From Octopus bimaculoides (taxonomy: Eukaryota), in NCBI RefSeq assembly GCF_001194135.2, contig NC_068988.1:78297079-78361078 (forward strand): a DNA stretch of 64,000 nt. Direction: 5' to 3'. Shown in pieces: positions 1-12,416 of this stretch; the first letter of the stretch is position 1, and each line of letters opens with the position of its first letter. The notes under the pieces were generated by a model. It was not told where the DNA came from and made no database searches. It saw only the letters and a program-made list of their open reading frames with translations. The position numbers and the translations under genes are program-made.

Positions 1-263
1 GTTGCCAGTGCCCCTGGACTGGCTTGTGCGGGTGGCACATAAAAGACACCATTTCGAGCGTGGCCGTTTTCGTGCGGGTGACACGTAAAAGCACCCACTA
101 CACTCTCTGAGTGGTTGGCGTTAGGAAGGGCATCCAGCTGTAGAAACTCTGCCAAATTAGACTGGAGCCTGGTGTTGCCATCCGGTTTCACCAGTCCTCA
201 GTCAAATCGTCCAACCCATGCTAGCATGGAAAGCGGACGTTAAACGATGATGATGATGATGAT
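1..263 (+). repeat. SINE-like repeat with RTE-type 3' tail ending in (GAT)n, cut by the window start
   Basis: Contains gttggcgttaggaagggcatccagctgtagaaac...ccaacccatgctagcatggaaagcggacgttaaacgatgatgatg, a family that recurs more than 10 times in the window. Confidence 0.85.
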
Positions 264-1062
264 ATATATATATATGGTAGGCTTCTTTCAGTTTCTCTCT
301 ATCAAATCCAAATATTTTATAAAATAAAATATATCTATATTTTATTTTTTTTATATCTTTCTACATTATCGTATTATCTGCTTTATCATTTACCATTATT
401 AATTTACTTGACCTTAATATTTCACCCTATCATATCATCTCATATTACCATTTACATTACAATATCATTTTATATTATATCATTTTGTTTACAAATTACT
501 ATATGGCTGTCTAATTTTATACCTCTATATTATAATACTATCACCTCATATAATTACTTTACACTTGCTACTCATTGTTACATAACTGACAGAAGATTCA
601 ATAATTATATAATGTTCATGATAGCACTATAATTGTTTCTCAGATAAGTACTATTATGAACCACATAAGTATATACTTCTGATCACTGACTCGTAAAAGT
701 AATCCTAAATATTAATGACTTGTAGGCACAAGGTATTTCGTTATGCAACCATTATATGCTACAAAGTATATTAAACATTTTTATAAGTCAATACCATGTA
801 GTACTGTGTTAGCAGTGCACTTAAATCACATGATATGTAGAGATGACCTTAACAGTAATCCTAAACTCTGCTCAGATATATAGACAAGGAATCTGATGTC
901 AATTTTGTACTCTTATTTTAATGTACTTAATTATGTTAAATTATACTATGGAACCTGGTGCAGCCCCTGGCCTTACCAGTTCCTATCAAGCCTTACCAGC
1001 ATAGAAAACAAATGTTAAGTGATGATGATGATGATGATGATATACCTATCAAATGCTGAAAT

Positions 1063-1555
1063 ATTGTAATCAAGGAATATATCCTCATCGTTTAACGTCC
1101 GCCTTCCATGCTAGCATTTGTTGGACGATTTGACTGAGGACTGGCAAGCCAGAAGGCTGCACCAGGCTCCAATCTGATCTGGCTGAGTTTCTACAGCTGG
1201 ATGCTCTTCCTAACGCCAACCAATCCGAGAGTGTAGTGGGTGCTTTTACGTGCCACTAGCACGAGGGCTAGTCATGCGGTACTGGCAACGACCACGCTCA
1301 AAAAGGTGTTTTTTATGTGCCACCTGCATGGGAGCCAGTCCAGCAGCACTGGCAACGACCTCGCTCGAATGATTTTCTAACGTGCCACCAGCACAAGTGC
1401 TAGAAGGCAACGCTGGTAATGATTACGCACTAATGGTGCTATTTCTGGGCCACTAGCATGGATGCCAGACAGCTGCTCTGGCAATGAACACACTCGACAG
1501 TGCTATTAGTGCTCCACTGGCACGGTGACCAGTCATCGAGTATGGTTCAATTACG
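1063..1555 (-). repeat. SINE-like repeat, same RTE-tail family, antisense
   Basis: Reverse complement of the 1-263 family (catcgtttaacgtccgccttccatgctagc...gtagtgggtgcttttacgtgccac) with internal gtgccac sub-repeats. Confidence 0.85.
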
Positions 1556-1561
1556 ATTTCA

Positions 1562-1777
1562 TATAGATTTCAAATTTTGGCACAAGTCCAGCAAGTTTGG
1601 AGGAGGAGGGTAAGCAAACTACATCAACTCCAGTTTTCAGCTAGTACTTTATTGACCATAAAAAGATGAAAGGCAAAGTCAACCTTGGTGAAATTTGAAC
1701 TTAGAACATAAAGGCAGACAGAATGCTGCTAAGCATTTTGCCTGGCATATTAACGATTCTGCTAGTTCACTGCCTTA
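1562..1777 (-). repeat. tRNA-derived SINE, second family (central domain resembling Meta-type SINE core)
   Basis: Reverse complement reads aaggcagtgaactagcagaatcgttaa...ttctaagttcaaatttcaccaaggttgactttgcctttcatc...; homologous copies at 51692-51900 and 53020-53200. Confidence 0.75.
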
Positions 1778-2029
1778 AATCAAGGAATATATTAGCATGT
1801 TTGTGTCACCCTGACAGTGGATGACCACAGTATAAATATTAGGTGTTATTTTTTTTTATATATTCTAATTTGGTCTCTCTGACACACTTTCTGAGCCACC
1901 TTGACAGCAATATAACATTTTGACTAAAAAAGGAATTACATCATTTGGATTTAGTTATAGACTCTAAAGTTCATATTTCTTAGGAATATAGTTCTACATA
2001 TATTCCTGAAAAATAATAATAATCTCTTG

Positions 2030-2520
2030 TTATGATTTTTGACAGTTTATGCCAGGATAAATGTGTTCAATATTTCTTTGTAATAACTTCATATGACAGA
2101 GTTTCCTAGCTTTTCAACAATCTTAATGTTGAGTTTTGTCTCCTTCAGAGCTTTCCTAAATCTACAGGCTAATTTTCTATGGGCTGTGGTCTCTACAAAC
2201 ATCACTCCTTGATATTTGTTGGTTTTATACCATGTTTTCGCCCTGTTTGCTTTGTCACAAGTTCCTTGTATCCTATTCCAGTCTTTGTTTCTATATCTAG
2301 GGCAGGTACCACTGGTGTCATTGCATATAATGTTATCTAACTTCTTTCTAGCACCCCTGTATACTCAAGCCCTATCTTTCTGAGCATATCCAGAGAATTG
2401 CTTACGTTGCATGAAGTTCTGCACCTTCATTTCATAGGGTTTGCATAGTGGGGACACATTGTTCATTATCTTAAGTCTGCTATCAGTATGTTAATTTTCA
2501 TGTTGTGTGACAAAGCTGTG
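2030..2520 (-). mobile_element. Penelope-like element (PLE) relic, RT thumb/linker region
   Basis: Minus-strand translation ...NDTSGTCPRYRNKDWNRIQG...KTWYKTNKYQGVMFVETT...KLNIKIVEKLG resembles the PLYRxKxW...WY...VxFVxxT...IKVVE linker of invertebrate PLEs (recalled motif). Confidence 0.55.
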
Positions 2521-3202
2521 TTCTTGCAAACAACATATTTCAAAACTATCTTTTAAAAAATATTTAAAAGTTTATCTTTACTAAATTAATCTTTAAGACT
2601 CACAATTTTGAAGTTTGCTTCAATGTTAGAAACTCCACTTCCTCATGCTTTGCTGAGATCATCAACATGTTTGATTTGTTATGGACAGCTAGTCATGAAC
2701 TCTTATAAATAGAAGTGGACTGAGGAATATTAAATTCCTCGCTGGATTTGTTGATGAATCACTTTTCCGATACAATCATGCTCATTGGTTGAACTGTCTT
2801 TGCAAGGCTACCAGCAGACTACAAAACTTGGTACCCTGTTAAAGGCTTTTCAAAATCAGTGACTGCTTTATATATTGTGTTGTTCTTGACTAAAATCTTT
2901 TGTTACCCAAAGAGGGGGATATTCATGGTTTCATTGAAGTTATCTTCCTGATTAACTCAGCTATAACTGCCTACCATTTGTCTGATTGGGGCCATCAATT
3001 GTATGCCTTTCTGCTTGCTTCATTCGAAAACTTCTTTGTTCCTCTTTCATCAATTCATGATGATACTGCTTTGCCAGTAATTAGGGATAATTGCTCCCAG
3101 CATTATTTGAAAGACTGAAGCACATTTCCCTTGGGCACAGGTTCTGTATCTTATCAAATATCTTTGATGTCCCTGTTGCTTTCCTTGGTTTGATATCTTT
3201 AA

Positions 3203-3420
3203 CCCTTTTGTATTCATATTATTCTGTCAAATGTAGTGCTCATTTATTTACATTATTTTGAATAAATTATGTATTATTTTGTAGCTTTGAGATTTTGATG
3301 ATGTGATTTTTTATTCTTAGAAAGACATTGTAGGGTAGGTGTGATGTGTCAGATCCAGCCAGTGTGAACATAAAACAGGTAGAATATTTGGACCAGATAT
3401 GGTTGTTTTAAATACAAAAG
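3203..3420. mobile_element. piggyBac-type MITE (degenerate)
   Basis: Begins TTAA-CCCTTT; internal sequence homologous to 12577-12770; right end decayed. Confidence 0.5.
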
Positions 3421-4595
3421 TCATGCAACAGCTGGGTCTGCTTTTAGTAACCTGTCTTTTGGCCAGTTTTTCTCATTCAACAACATCTCATATATACTCA
3501 CACACACATGCACATGCAGTAGTCCAGACTAAAAAGTGGTTGGTGGTCAGAGTGAAGCCAGCCATGGAAATTATGCTACAAATGATTCCAACCCAAAATG
3601 GACAAAGTTGACTTAAAACGATGGAATGATGATGATGATGGTAGTGGTGGGGATGATGTTAAAGCTGGTTGTAGTGGTGAAGATAGTGATGGTGATGATG
3701 GTGATTATGATAATGGTACTCCCATTTTTATATTTTAATTGGGAAAATACAATTCTATTTACCTTATAAATCATGGTTTTATTAATTCATCATGCATGGT
3801 ACTAATAATTTTATGAATTCTGTTATTACTTTCTATCCAATTCAACAAGTTCTCCTTCTGTCCAGTTATTACTTGACCAATCCTCCACTAGAGAATTCCA
3901 CAGGAGCCAGTAGAAAGCAAGAAGTCACTTGAAATACTCTATAAAACTGATTTTAAATATTAAACAGACTTAGCACCTCATGGGGATATGATCTGATTTA
4001 AAAATTAAATTAGATATTTTTATTAATTTTTTAAAAATATTTTCTGGGTTTATTGTCTATTTTCTCTTGGATTGATTTTTATTTTATTTTTGCATATATA
4101 TGCTCAAACTTTGGGTTAATATTAAAAATAAGATTAATTAAGATAAACATTAATAATGGCTTTGGCAATCACTCTTTCTTACACTCAATATCGTTTGACT
4201 TTTAATGTGTATGTTCAGAATTACTTGCCAACTATATTTGATTTCTTAAAGTACCTTGACAAACGAATCTTGACATGGAAACTCTGAAACTAGATAAAAT
4301 CAATAACATTGATGATACATATGTGCACACACACTCACATACACATGTATATGTGTGTGTGTGTGTGTGTGCAGAAAGTAAAAGAGAGAGGACTTCTTAA
4401 TTGTTTGTTTAAATTGATTCACTATGTTAGATGTAGAAAATGTGATACCCAATGTTGAGTGGAATTATTCCAGACTATGGTTTTGATGATTAATAAGGCT
4501 AAAATGTTTACTCACTCTATGCAGTGTACTGCACTTAACGCAATAATTCAGCTGGTGATAAGTGGTTTATATGAGTTTATTTAATCGTCTTCTTT

Positions 4596-4634
<39 letters not shown>

Positions 4635-5212
4635 ATTAAACTATGTTCTGTTTGTGTTGGTCTTGTTATTAAATGTCCTTCTTGTCAAGTCATCATTTCA
4701 TCTGAGATTTATACAAAACTATTCAAAGGAGTTAATTAACTCCTTTGAAATTGTTTTCAAGTCTTTACATCTTTCTGAAGTTGCTTAAAGGGTCATCTTG
4801 GTCGACTGAAACTAGTTTATAGAAATAAATACATTCAAAGTGGTTAGAATGGCTGGTTGAAACTGGTTTGTAACAATTTTTTTTCTTATACTGAAGATAG
4901 TGGTTGAGTGAAAATGGTTTGTAGACGTTTTTTCCTAGTGTTTAGTGGCTGGTTGAAACTAATTTATGATAGTTTTTTAAGAGTAATGGGCAGATAAAAC
5001 TAATTTATATCAGTATTTAATTTGCTTTCACACACACCATATACATAATGTTTTCCTGTATATATGTGAGTGTGTGTGTATTCATTTGCCTATGACTCTT
5101 CATTCAGTTTCTGTATCTTTTTTTCATCTCCCTCCATTTCTTCCTCTTTCTCTTCTCTCTTTTCACTTCATCCACTAAATTTAACACTGTATTCATATAT
5201 TTACTTTTATAG

Positions 5213-5335
5213 GTTTTCTTTACATGAGTCCATTTTTACACAAATGGCTAACAGCAACACAGTACATTGCACCTCTCATGGCAAACTTTGATACCTCTAT
5301 TGGTAAAGGTTCAGAAATAAGAATCCTTGACACCG
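5213..5335 (+). CDS. PLXDC2: Plexin domain-containing protein (PLXDC1/2, TEM7-like), internal exon, NIDO-like region
   Basis: ttttatag|G acceptor and G|gtaag donor. Encodes (G)FLYMSPFLHKWLTATQYIAPLMANFDTSIGKGSEIRILDT; LTATQYIAPLMANFD is the hallmark motif of vertebrate PLXDC1/2. Phase 1 at both ends. Confidence 0.95.
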
Positions 5336-8300
5336 GTAAGCTTTCTTTTTTATTTTCTAACTTAAATATCAGAATTAAAATGATTTTTTTATTCAAATAT
5401 CAATAGGAGTAGACCAGAAAGTCAAATTGTTTCTGAAATAGATTTCTGTTCTTTGGCATTTGCCAGTTTTCAATATTAACTATAGATATCCTAATTATCT
5501 ATTTGAAGGAAGCTTCTACAAGCTAATAAGGGAAATAATCTATATATTCAGTAATTTTCTTCTGAATTCTTTTGTTACTGATATCTAAGTATATACATTA
5601 TGTCTATGATGAGGAACGTTTATCTAAACATAGATGTATTTTAACATAAGGTATAACTCCCTGGAAAAGTTATATTGTATGTAGACAAAACTCTTTGATT
5701 GTTCAGCTACTAACTCTCTATGATGAAAAATAACAGAAAAGGAAAGAAAAGAAAAGCACATTCCATGAATTTCTTCCAGACTGTAAATATTTTCCATCTA
5801 AGAGAAACGTCTTGCTTCATAAATTATTCAATATATCTCAGGTTATGTCATACTAACAATTTCTAAGAAAAATGAAATAGTACTGTACATTATTACTGCT
5901 GGCTAGAAAATTTAAGCACTCCATAATAAATAAACAAAAATCAAGGAAAAGAAAAAGATATAATGCATCTCTTTTCTTATTCTTTAATTTCAAATTCAAA
6001 TTTCTAATCCCACCAGACATGAAGAAATGATTATCTCCCTAGCAGACAGTTATTACAATAACAATGTGTTTACATCTGCCTGTTACATAGTGTGTTGGCT
6101 AAAATGTATAGATATGTTCTGTACTACAATAAAATATTAGGACTACATGTTTGTTCATTATTTTTAAGACAGTCTAATTTGAGAAAGATTTGGCTACCAT
6201 ATTTGGAAACTCATGTGACTTTAAATGTTCTCTTGTAGACTTGTGAATTCAATGTTGATTCATTGATAATTAAGTTCAAAATTAATTTATCAATTTCTCA
6301 ATTAAACCAAAAGCTGGAAATCTAACTCAGGGTCTTTAAAATAAAGAGAAGGGACTGATGACATGAGGTCAAACCTTAGTCATTCTGTTGTACTCCTGGA
6401 CAAAGATACAAGAAAACTGTTGTGTTTTTGGATCAAATATCTTTCTCTATTGGTAACAGTCACTTCTTGTATTTCAGTGTTTGGTAGTTGTCAGTTGCAG
6501 GGCAGGGATCAAACTGTAGAAACATTTACTCCAACTATGTGACTACATTTACTAAAGAATAGAAAAAATGGTTATTACATTCCGTCCCTCCTTCTTTAAA
6601 TCTGCTGGACAGACAACAACTGCTGCATCAAATAGTTCTTGTCATTGTTTTATCTCAGATCAGCTCGGATCCAGACATGGCCATCTTTTCTTTTGATTCA
6701 GTGTATTTAAGATTATATTTAAGATTATTTAAGATTATTTAAGATTATATATCCAAAATGTCCCTTTTCTCTGGAGAGAGAAAGAATTGTCTACTATTTT
6801 GAACAATTCAGCTGACCTGTAGAGGATCTCTCATTGGTTCATACTTCATGTTTGAAAGGTGTCCAGCTACAAAACAATTGTCTTTAATATGTAAAGGACC
6901 AAAATTATCAACTAGCCACTAGTATGGAAGAAACAAATGGCTAAAGCAACCAACACTGTTTAAATCATTCAAAATATTTGCCTTAGACATATTTAAAGTT
7001 TTTTTATAAAAACATCAGCAGCAAATTAACCACTTAGGATCTTAAATTAACAACCATAATGAGTTTTTGTGATTAAGTTAATGTGTAGGATTTAGTCAAC
7101 TGTATCATTATCATTGATTTATTAGCAACAATTTGTAAATTTTCACAACTAATTGTATAAATCTTCAAAAGTTAGCCCTGATTTATTAGCAACATTGTTC
7201 AAATCTTCACGTGTCACAGCAGTTTTGTATTGTATATTGAACTTGTCTCTTATTTCATGATTTGGTTCATTCAACTGAAATATTAGATAAATATGTATAT
7301 TGCCTCTCATCAACATTGTTCTGGTTCTCCTTTCTTTTCTATGGATACTTTACTAAGAAACACTTCAATGAAATATGAAGATTAAAACAAACAAACTATT
7401 CATGCTTCTTAAATATATTTTTAGTTAAAAAAAATTATTTAAAATTTAGTTTTTTTGTGTATCAACTTAATATTGAATTTTTTATATTGGTTTCTTTTGC
7501 TAAATTTAACAGACATAAAATCTACCTTAAAACTATTGCCGTTTAAAATTTAGGTCAAACAGTGATTTGGTAAAAGGAAATTAAGATATTCCATTTGAAT
7601 GTTACTATTGGATTCTGAAAACAAATGGACTGTATTGATCTAATGCATTTTATTAACTTCTGTTTTCTTTTTTTATATTTCTCTTCTCTTTATTTCATTA
7701 GCAAGAAATGCAATTTTTGTTTTAATCAAGCAGACGTTCACTGCCATTCCCTTTTGCTTTTTCCTCCAAATCTAATGGGCATTTTAAATTTATTCCTAAG
7801 GTTGGCTCTGTATCTGCATCTAGAACCTCTCCAGGGTACTTGCTGAGGCAAAGTTTCTGTGGAAGACCAACAGTTGTATGTGCTGCATGTCTTCCTTCTT
7901 CAAGCAATCACTGTTGTCAAAGGGAAAGGCAAGGACCATCACAACTTAGCCTCAGTGTTGTTGGTGAACTCAGAATGTAAACCAGCCTGAACAACCACCA
8001 CAATGCATTTTGTCGAAGAATCTAATGATTCTGTAAATACCTTGAATTAAGTATATTATAAATGATATTCTTCAAATAATAAGTAGTCATAATTATTCAA
8101 ATAATTATTAATTATATTCTTCAGTTGGATGGCTGCCTTTCACTCTACTACTGCACTTGATCAATACCAGTGTATATGGATTCTCTTTGAAACCATGCTG
8201 TTGTATCAGCTTGTTACATCTCCTTTTAAATAATGCATGTAAATTATCTCTTGTTGATAAGTTAAGGAATTCCAAGATTTTGCGTTGACCTTGTACAGCT

Positions 8301-8721
8301 GTTCGTTTGATGCTGTGAAAATCTGAATCGCGAGGTGTGGTCTCCAAATAATGTTACCGTATACAGAGTAACTTAGAGAATACTGGAGACTGGGTCTTTG
8401 TGAACAACTTTAAATTTCATTTGTAAATCATTGTGAATCACTAAATTTATTCTATGGGGGAATCCAAAGTATGAGCACCTGACAAAGACACTGATTCCTT
8501 TGACATGAATGCATGCATGTTGCAAGGTAATATGCTTGCTCCATTTCTACTTATCATATGCTTAAACTATTTCTTTAACACTTCAGTTGACAAACTTAGA
8601 GAACTCAGCTTTACTCTAATAAAATCCATCTCTCCTTGTCATCCAGCTGCAACAATAAAAAATTCTGTTGATATTACTGTTTTACCATGATATATAATCT
8701 CATGATTTACCACCTTTCCAC

Positions 8722-8940
8722 ATGATCTTGAGTAAGTGTCTTCTACTATAGCCCAGGGCCAACCAAAGTGTTGTGGGTAGATTTGGTAGATAGAAACTGA
8801 AAGAAGCTCACCATATATATGTATACGTATATGTTTGCATGCATGTAATGGTGGTATGTTTTTATGCGTATATGTATGCATGTGTGTGTGTATATATGTA
8901 TGTATGCATACATATCTATATATATTTATATACATATGTA
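8722..8940 (+). repeat. tRNA/CORE-like SINE fragment with (TA/TG)n
   Basis: cttgagtaagtgtcttctactatagcc...gaaactgaaagaagc, same family as the full copy at 40713-41120. Confidence 0.75.
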
Positions 8941-9029
8941 GGTGAAATAAATATCAGAGATACTTTGCTCATGCAGAAACTGCAGGAGCTACTCAAAGGT
9001 TTTGCAAGCTGTTCTAAATCCTTTGCAAT

Positions 9030-10740
9030 GCTAGAAACCTTTCCATATCATCAGATATCTCAACATCACAAGCAGGTTTTGACTCTTAGTTTGTACTTCA
9101 CCTAAGTGGGTCAGTGAGAACTGAGCTAGACTTCATCTGTGGAAGGGTTCTACTTGCAATCTCTTATCGACTATAGCCATCTTCAGTTATAGTTTCATCT
9201 GCTGTGTCTATTTTCTTGATGACTTTCTTCAGTTGTCTGGCTTCCAGACCTCTCTTCTTTTCTGAAGGAAATAGTTCATTGGCCTGGACCAGTGGAAAAT
9301 CACGGCAGCCAACTTCAGTGGTGAATGAGGCCACATGGCAGCCCTTGATCAGAGCCTTCTTGACTAATTCCTGAGATTTTGATTTACTTACCTGGTGAGA
9401 AATATTGAGTCGGTCCTCCCTGGGTGCTGTGAGTTCAACCATAATGATTGTTTTTGTATTCTTTGAGAGTAGGAACATGTCTGCTTGGAGTGATGTAACC
9501 AATATTTCTTCTGGGAATTCAAGTTTACCCCTTGCATCAACCAGCCTGAGGCTGACTGCAAAATAGAAAATGGGTCCCCTACTATTGCTTTTTCTTTGGG
9601 AGCTTGTCACCTTCATTTAGAAATTTGATACCCTTTGATATGATGACTAGTGTTTATGAGCTGTCACCCTTTGCAGATCACTCCATTTGACAATTTCTGC
9701 AAGAACCTTGTCATGTCTCCACTTGTATTGGCCTTCTCCCAGTGCCCTAGGGAATCCAGTCAAAATGTGGTTCAGGGTGAAGAGTTGCTCTGCACTCTGC
9801 ACTCATATTCTAAGGTTGTTTCAGGTTGTTAAGAGGTCAGTGACAGTACAAAGAAGGAAGGGCGGACAATCTTCTCAGATCAGTGCTCCAGAGTTCCTTC
9901 CAGGACAGTGGATGTTTGAAGTGCCTGGCCCCACTGTATCCATTGACCCTGATGGGCAAACCTTACTTTCTTCAGCTGGCAATCTTCCTCAGTTGAATCA
10001 CAAATCCTTTGCGTTATGAGTTCTCTCCTACCTCTGGTATTTTCCACCTCTTGGTGCTATAATTGCCAAGTTGTCGCCATCATTGACACACCACTCCAAC
10101 AATCTCTTGGTGTTTCCAGTATGTTTCTACTTCCTTCACAGTTTCCTGAGTTTTCCATTTTCTGCCACACTTTATGGTCTGGTTTATGTGTTTGACTTTC
10201 TCATCCCCAGACAGAAACAATGTGGTGATTGTTTTTTGCGTTTGTAGCTTTGATTTCCCCCACCACTGATGAAATTGGTAGGTGCAGCCTTGTTGTACAG
10301 ATTGACTAAGTTGGAATTTGTGGGAACATCCAGCCATCTTTGCATGAACTTCCTTCACAACCTTTCCATTGTCTCAACCCAAGTTATAGAGAAGTCCTAA
10401 AGCATAAATGGCTGCTGCAGTATGGGTGTGATACCATATTGGAAGCATCACACTTTGAACCTTCCAAGTAACTGACTTTTATCAACTGCCCTCAGCCAGG
10501 TGCCTAGTATGGTTTTGGTGACTCCAGCATTGCTAATATCCTTAAGAGTATGATCATAACTTTTTCCAAGGCAACAGATACCTTTTTTCTTGAATTGTTG
10601 GTATCCTTGAGCCCTGAATGCTGATGTCGTTTGTTATCTTTCTTGTAAGGATATACAGGCTCTGAGATTTTGCTTGAGGTATGAAAGGTGAATATATATT
10701 CATTTAACAACATGACATCCTTAAGATTACAGCCTTGTCA
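9030..10740 (-). mobile_element. Hero-like non-LTR retrotransposon relic (RT C-terminus, CCHC knuckle, restriction-like endonuclease)
   Basis: Minus-strand frames give GRKWKTQETV...HQEIVGVV, TLNHILTGFPRALGEGQYKWRHDKVLAEI and GKLEFPEEILVTSLQADMFLLS...IIMVELTAPREDR...EVGCRDF, the RLE motif set typical of Hero elements. Stops and frameshifts present. Confidence 0.8.
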
Positions 10741-10999
10741 CAGCCTTTTCATGGAGTATTAATTTCAGTGTGGAAGTTATGCTTATATGTTTGCATTAAT
10801 GCGTATGCTTGGTATTAAGCAATACAATTGTATATTCATAAATTGATGGAAATTAAAAAAGTTAGCTCATGAGATCACCAGAATGTAATGATTACACCAA
10901 TGGTCAACTCTGTGTGTGTGTATGTGTTCTACTGTCTTCTTACCTTGACATTGGGCAGCAATTGTAAGCTAGTGTCACTGTCATGCAAGAGATGTTCAT

Positions 11000-11700
11000 T
11001 GTTTCCAGTCTTCCACATAATCATGATTGGGCATTGTGAAATATTACCTTACTTAGAAACAGTTATACAAAATCTGTCCGATCCATGCACACCTGGAAAA
11101 GCAGATGTTTCATATATTTTACATCGTTGATAATATTTTCAACCAAGACGTTACCACTGTATCTGATTGTTCAAGTGCTTCAGTTATGTGTATGTACATG
11201 TATTTACTTGATTGCTGGCAGTTATCAATAGTTTCTCTCATTGTTTTGATGTGCTGTTTTCCTTTCATTAATAAAACTGTTCGCATTTTTGACAACATGG
11301 GTATACTAGTTTAGGAGAATCAGTAAAATAACAGACAAAATACTTTATAGTAAATAAAGGTTCCTAGTTTGAATTACTTTTCAACCACCTTTGATTTTCA
11401 TTTGAGGACTTTTCAATGTTGAAATGTTGATTATGTTTATTTCTGATAGATGTTATCATAAGTTATACACCCACAAAATATTGGTCAATACCATTCTATA
11501 ATAGAAAACATTTGACCTCAGCAATTTTACTACCTTTAGAGGATCTAATAAAAAAGATGCCATAACCTTTGTTGTTTCATCTGAAACTAACTCCTGAGTC
11601 AATAAAATAGAGTGCAGTGTAACCCTAGGTTCAATATAATCAACTCTCCCCTCTGCCAACATCTTTGGCTCTATTCCTACATTAGAAATTGTCATTCTAA
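11000..11700 (-). mobile_element. Highly decayed L1/Tx1-like LINE fragment
   Basis: ORF 11456-11695 contains SILLTQELV...FLLD, reminiscent of the DNILLAQELV...LD block of L1-clade RTs; remainder degenerate. Confidence 0.3.
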
Positions 11701-11850
11701 GAATGGTATCCGGATGGATTCTTGATTGCTGCAGTGAGTTTGTTAAACTCTAGATCCCTGTCAATGATCATCCCAAGGTACGCTCTTTCAACAGCTTCAA
11801 GTATGTTATTTACATTTGACGGATATTTGTCCTCATCTTGTTTATTGTTA

Positions 11851-11893
11851 ACACAACATTTCAGCTGATATACCCTCTAGCCTTCATCGGTGT
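11851..11893 (-). ncRNA. Degenerate minimal type I hammerhead ribozyme motif (left arm)
   Basis: Minus strand ACAC-C(-)GAUGA-A-GGCUA-loop-CAGCU-GAAA-UG-UU-GUGU; stem I ACAC/GUGU; core has lost one U. Confidence 0.5.
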
Positions 11894-12006
11894 CTTGGGG
11901 AAATTTCGAAACTGGGTTCTCATTCCTAAGGTATTTTTGATGTTGTTGTTGTTGTTGTTGTTATTATTATTATTATCATTATTATTATTATTATTATTAT
12001 AATTCA

Positions 12007-12079
12007 GGTCACTGCTGAGAATCGAACTCGGAATCTTGGGGTTAATGGCGCGTGCTCTTAACCACTACATCATATGCCC
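12007..12079 (-). promoter_or_regulatory. tRNA-like segment with Pol III A and B boxes inside the PLE 3' region
   Basis: Minus strand GGGCATATGATGTAGTGGTTAAGAGC...CCGAGTTCGATTCTCAGCAGTGACC: A-box-like TGATGTAGTGG and B-box-like GAGTTCGATTC; does not fold as a clean tRNA. Confidence 0.6.
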
Positions 12080-12372
12080 ATGGGCAATTATGGAGTGAAT
12101 TTTAGGGTTTATAAATTTAATATTTTCCTATCCTTCCTTAATACCGGTTCCCATATGCTGCTCATATCTGTACTCGGTCTGCTTAGGAGGTTGTTGTGTC
12201 CTAGCATATGTGCTGTTTCTTTCAGTTTTCATATTTTCCAGTGGTGTTCTCTATTATTTTAACTTCATCCCACAGGGGAAGGTGGTCTCCATTTTTCCAT
12301 ACATGATCATAATAATAATAGCATCTAAAAATACCTTAGGAATGAGAACCCAGGTTTGAAAATTTCCCAAAG

Positions 12373-12416
12373 ACACCTGATAAAGGCTGGAGGGTATATC
12401 AGCCAAAATGTTGTGT
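12373..12416 (+). ncRNA. Degenerate minimal type I hammerhead ribozyme motif (right arm)
   Basis: ACAC-CUGAUAA-A-GGCUG-GAGGGUAUAU-CAGCC-AAAA-UG-UU-GUGU; stems I and II pair perfectly; core deviations are G>A and C>T transitions, two at CpG positions. Confidence 0.55.

Noticed and set aside
2700-3170. Extension of the PLE RT / RTE RT fragment
   Set aside because: A DFEKAFNRVP-like motif near 2790-2860 hints at an RTE RT piece, but the frames are too broken to set boundaries or family.
6703-6750. (ATTTAAGATT)n short tandem repeat
   Set aside because: Ordinary slippage-derived minisatellite with no further structure.
12007-12079. Functional tRNA gene
   Set aside because: A and B boxes are present, but the acceptor and anticodon stems do not pair cleanly and it lies inside a PLE-like repeat. 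Reported as tRNA-like only.
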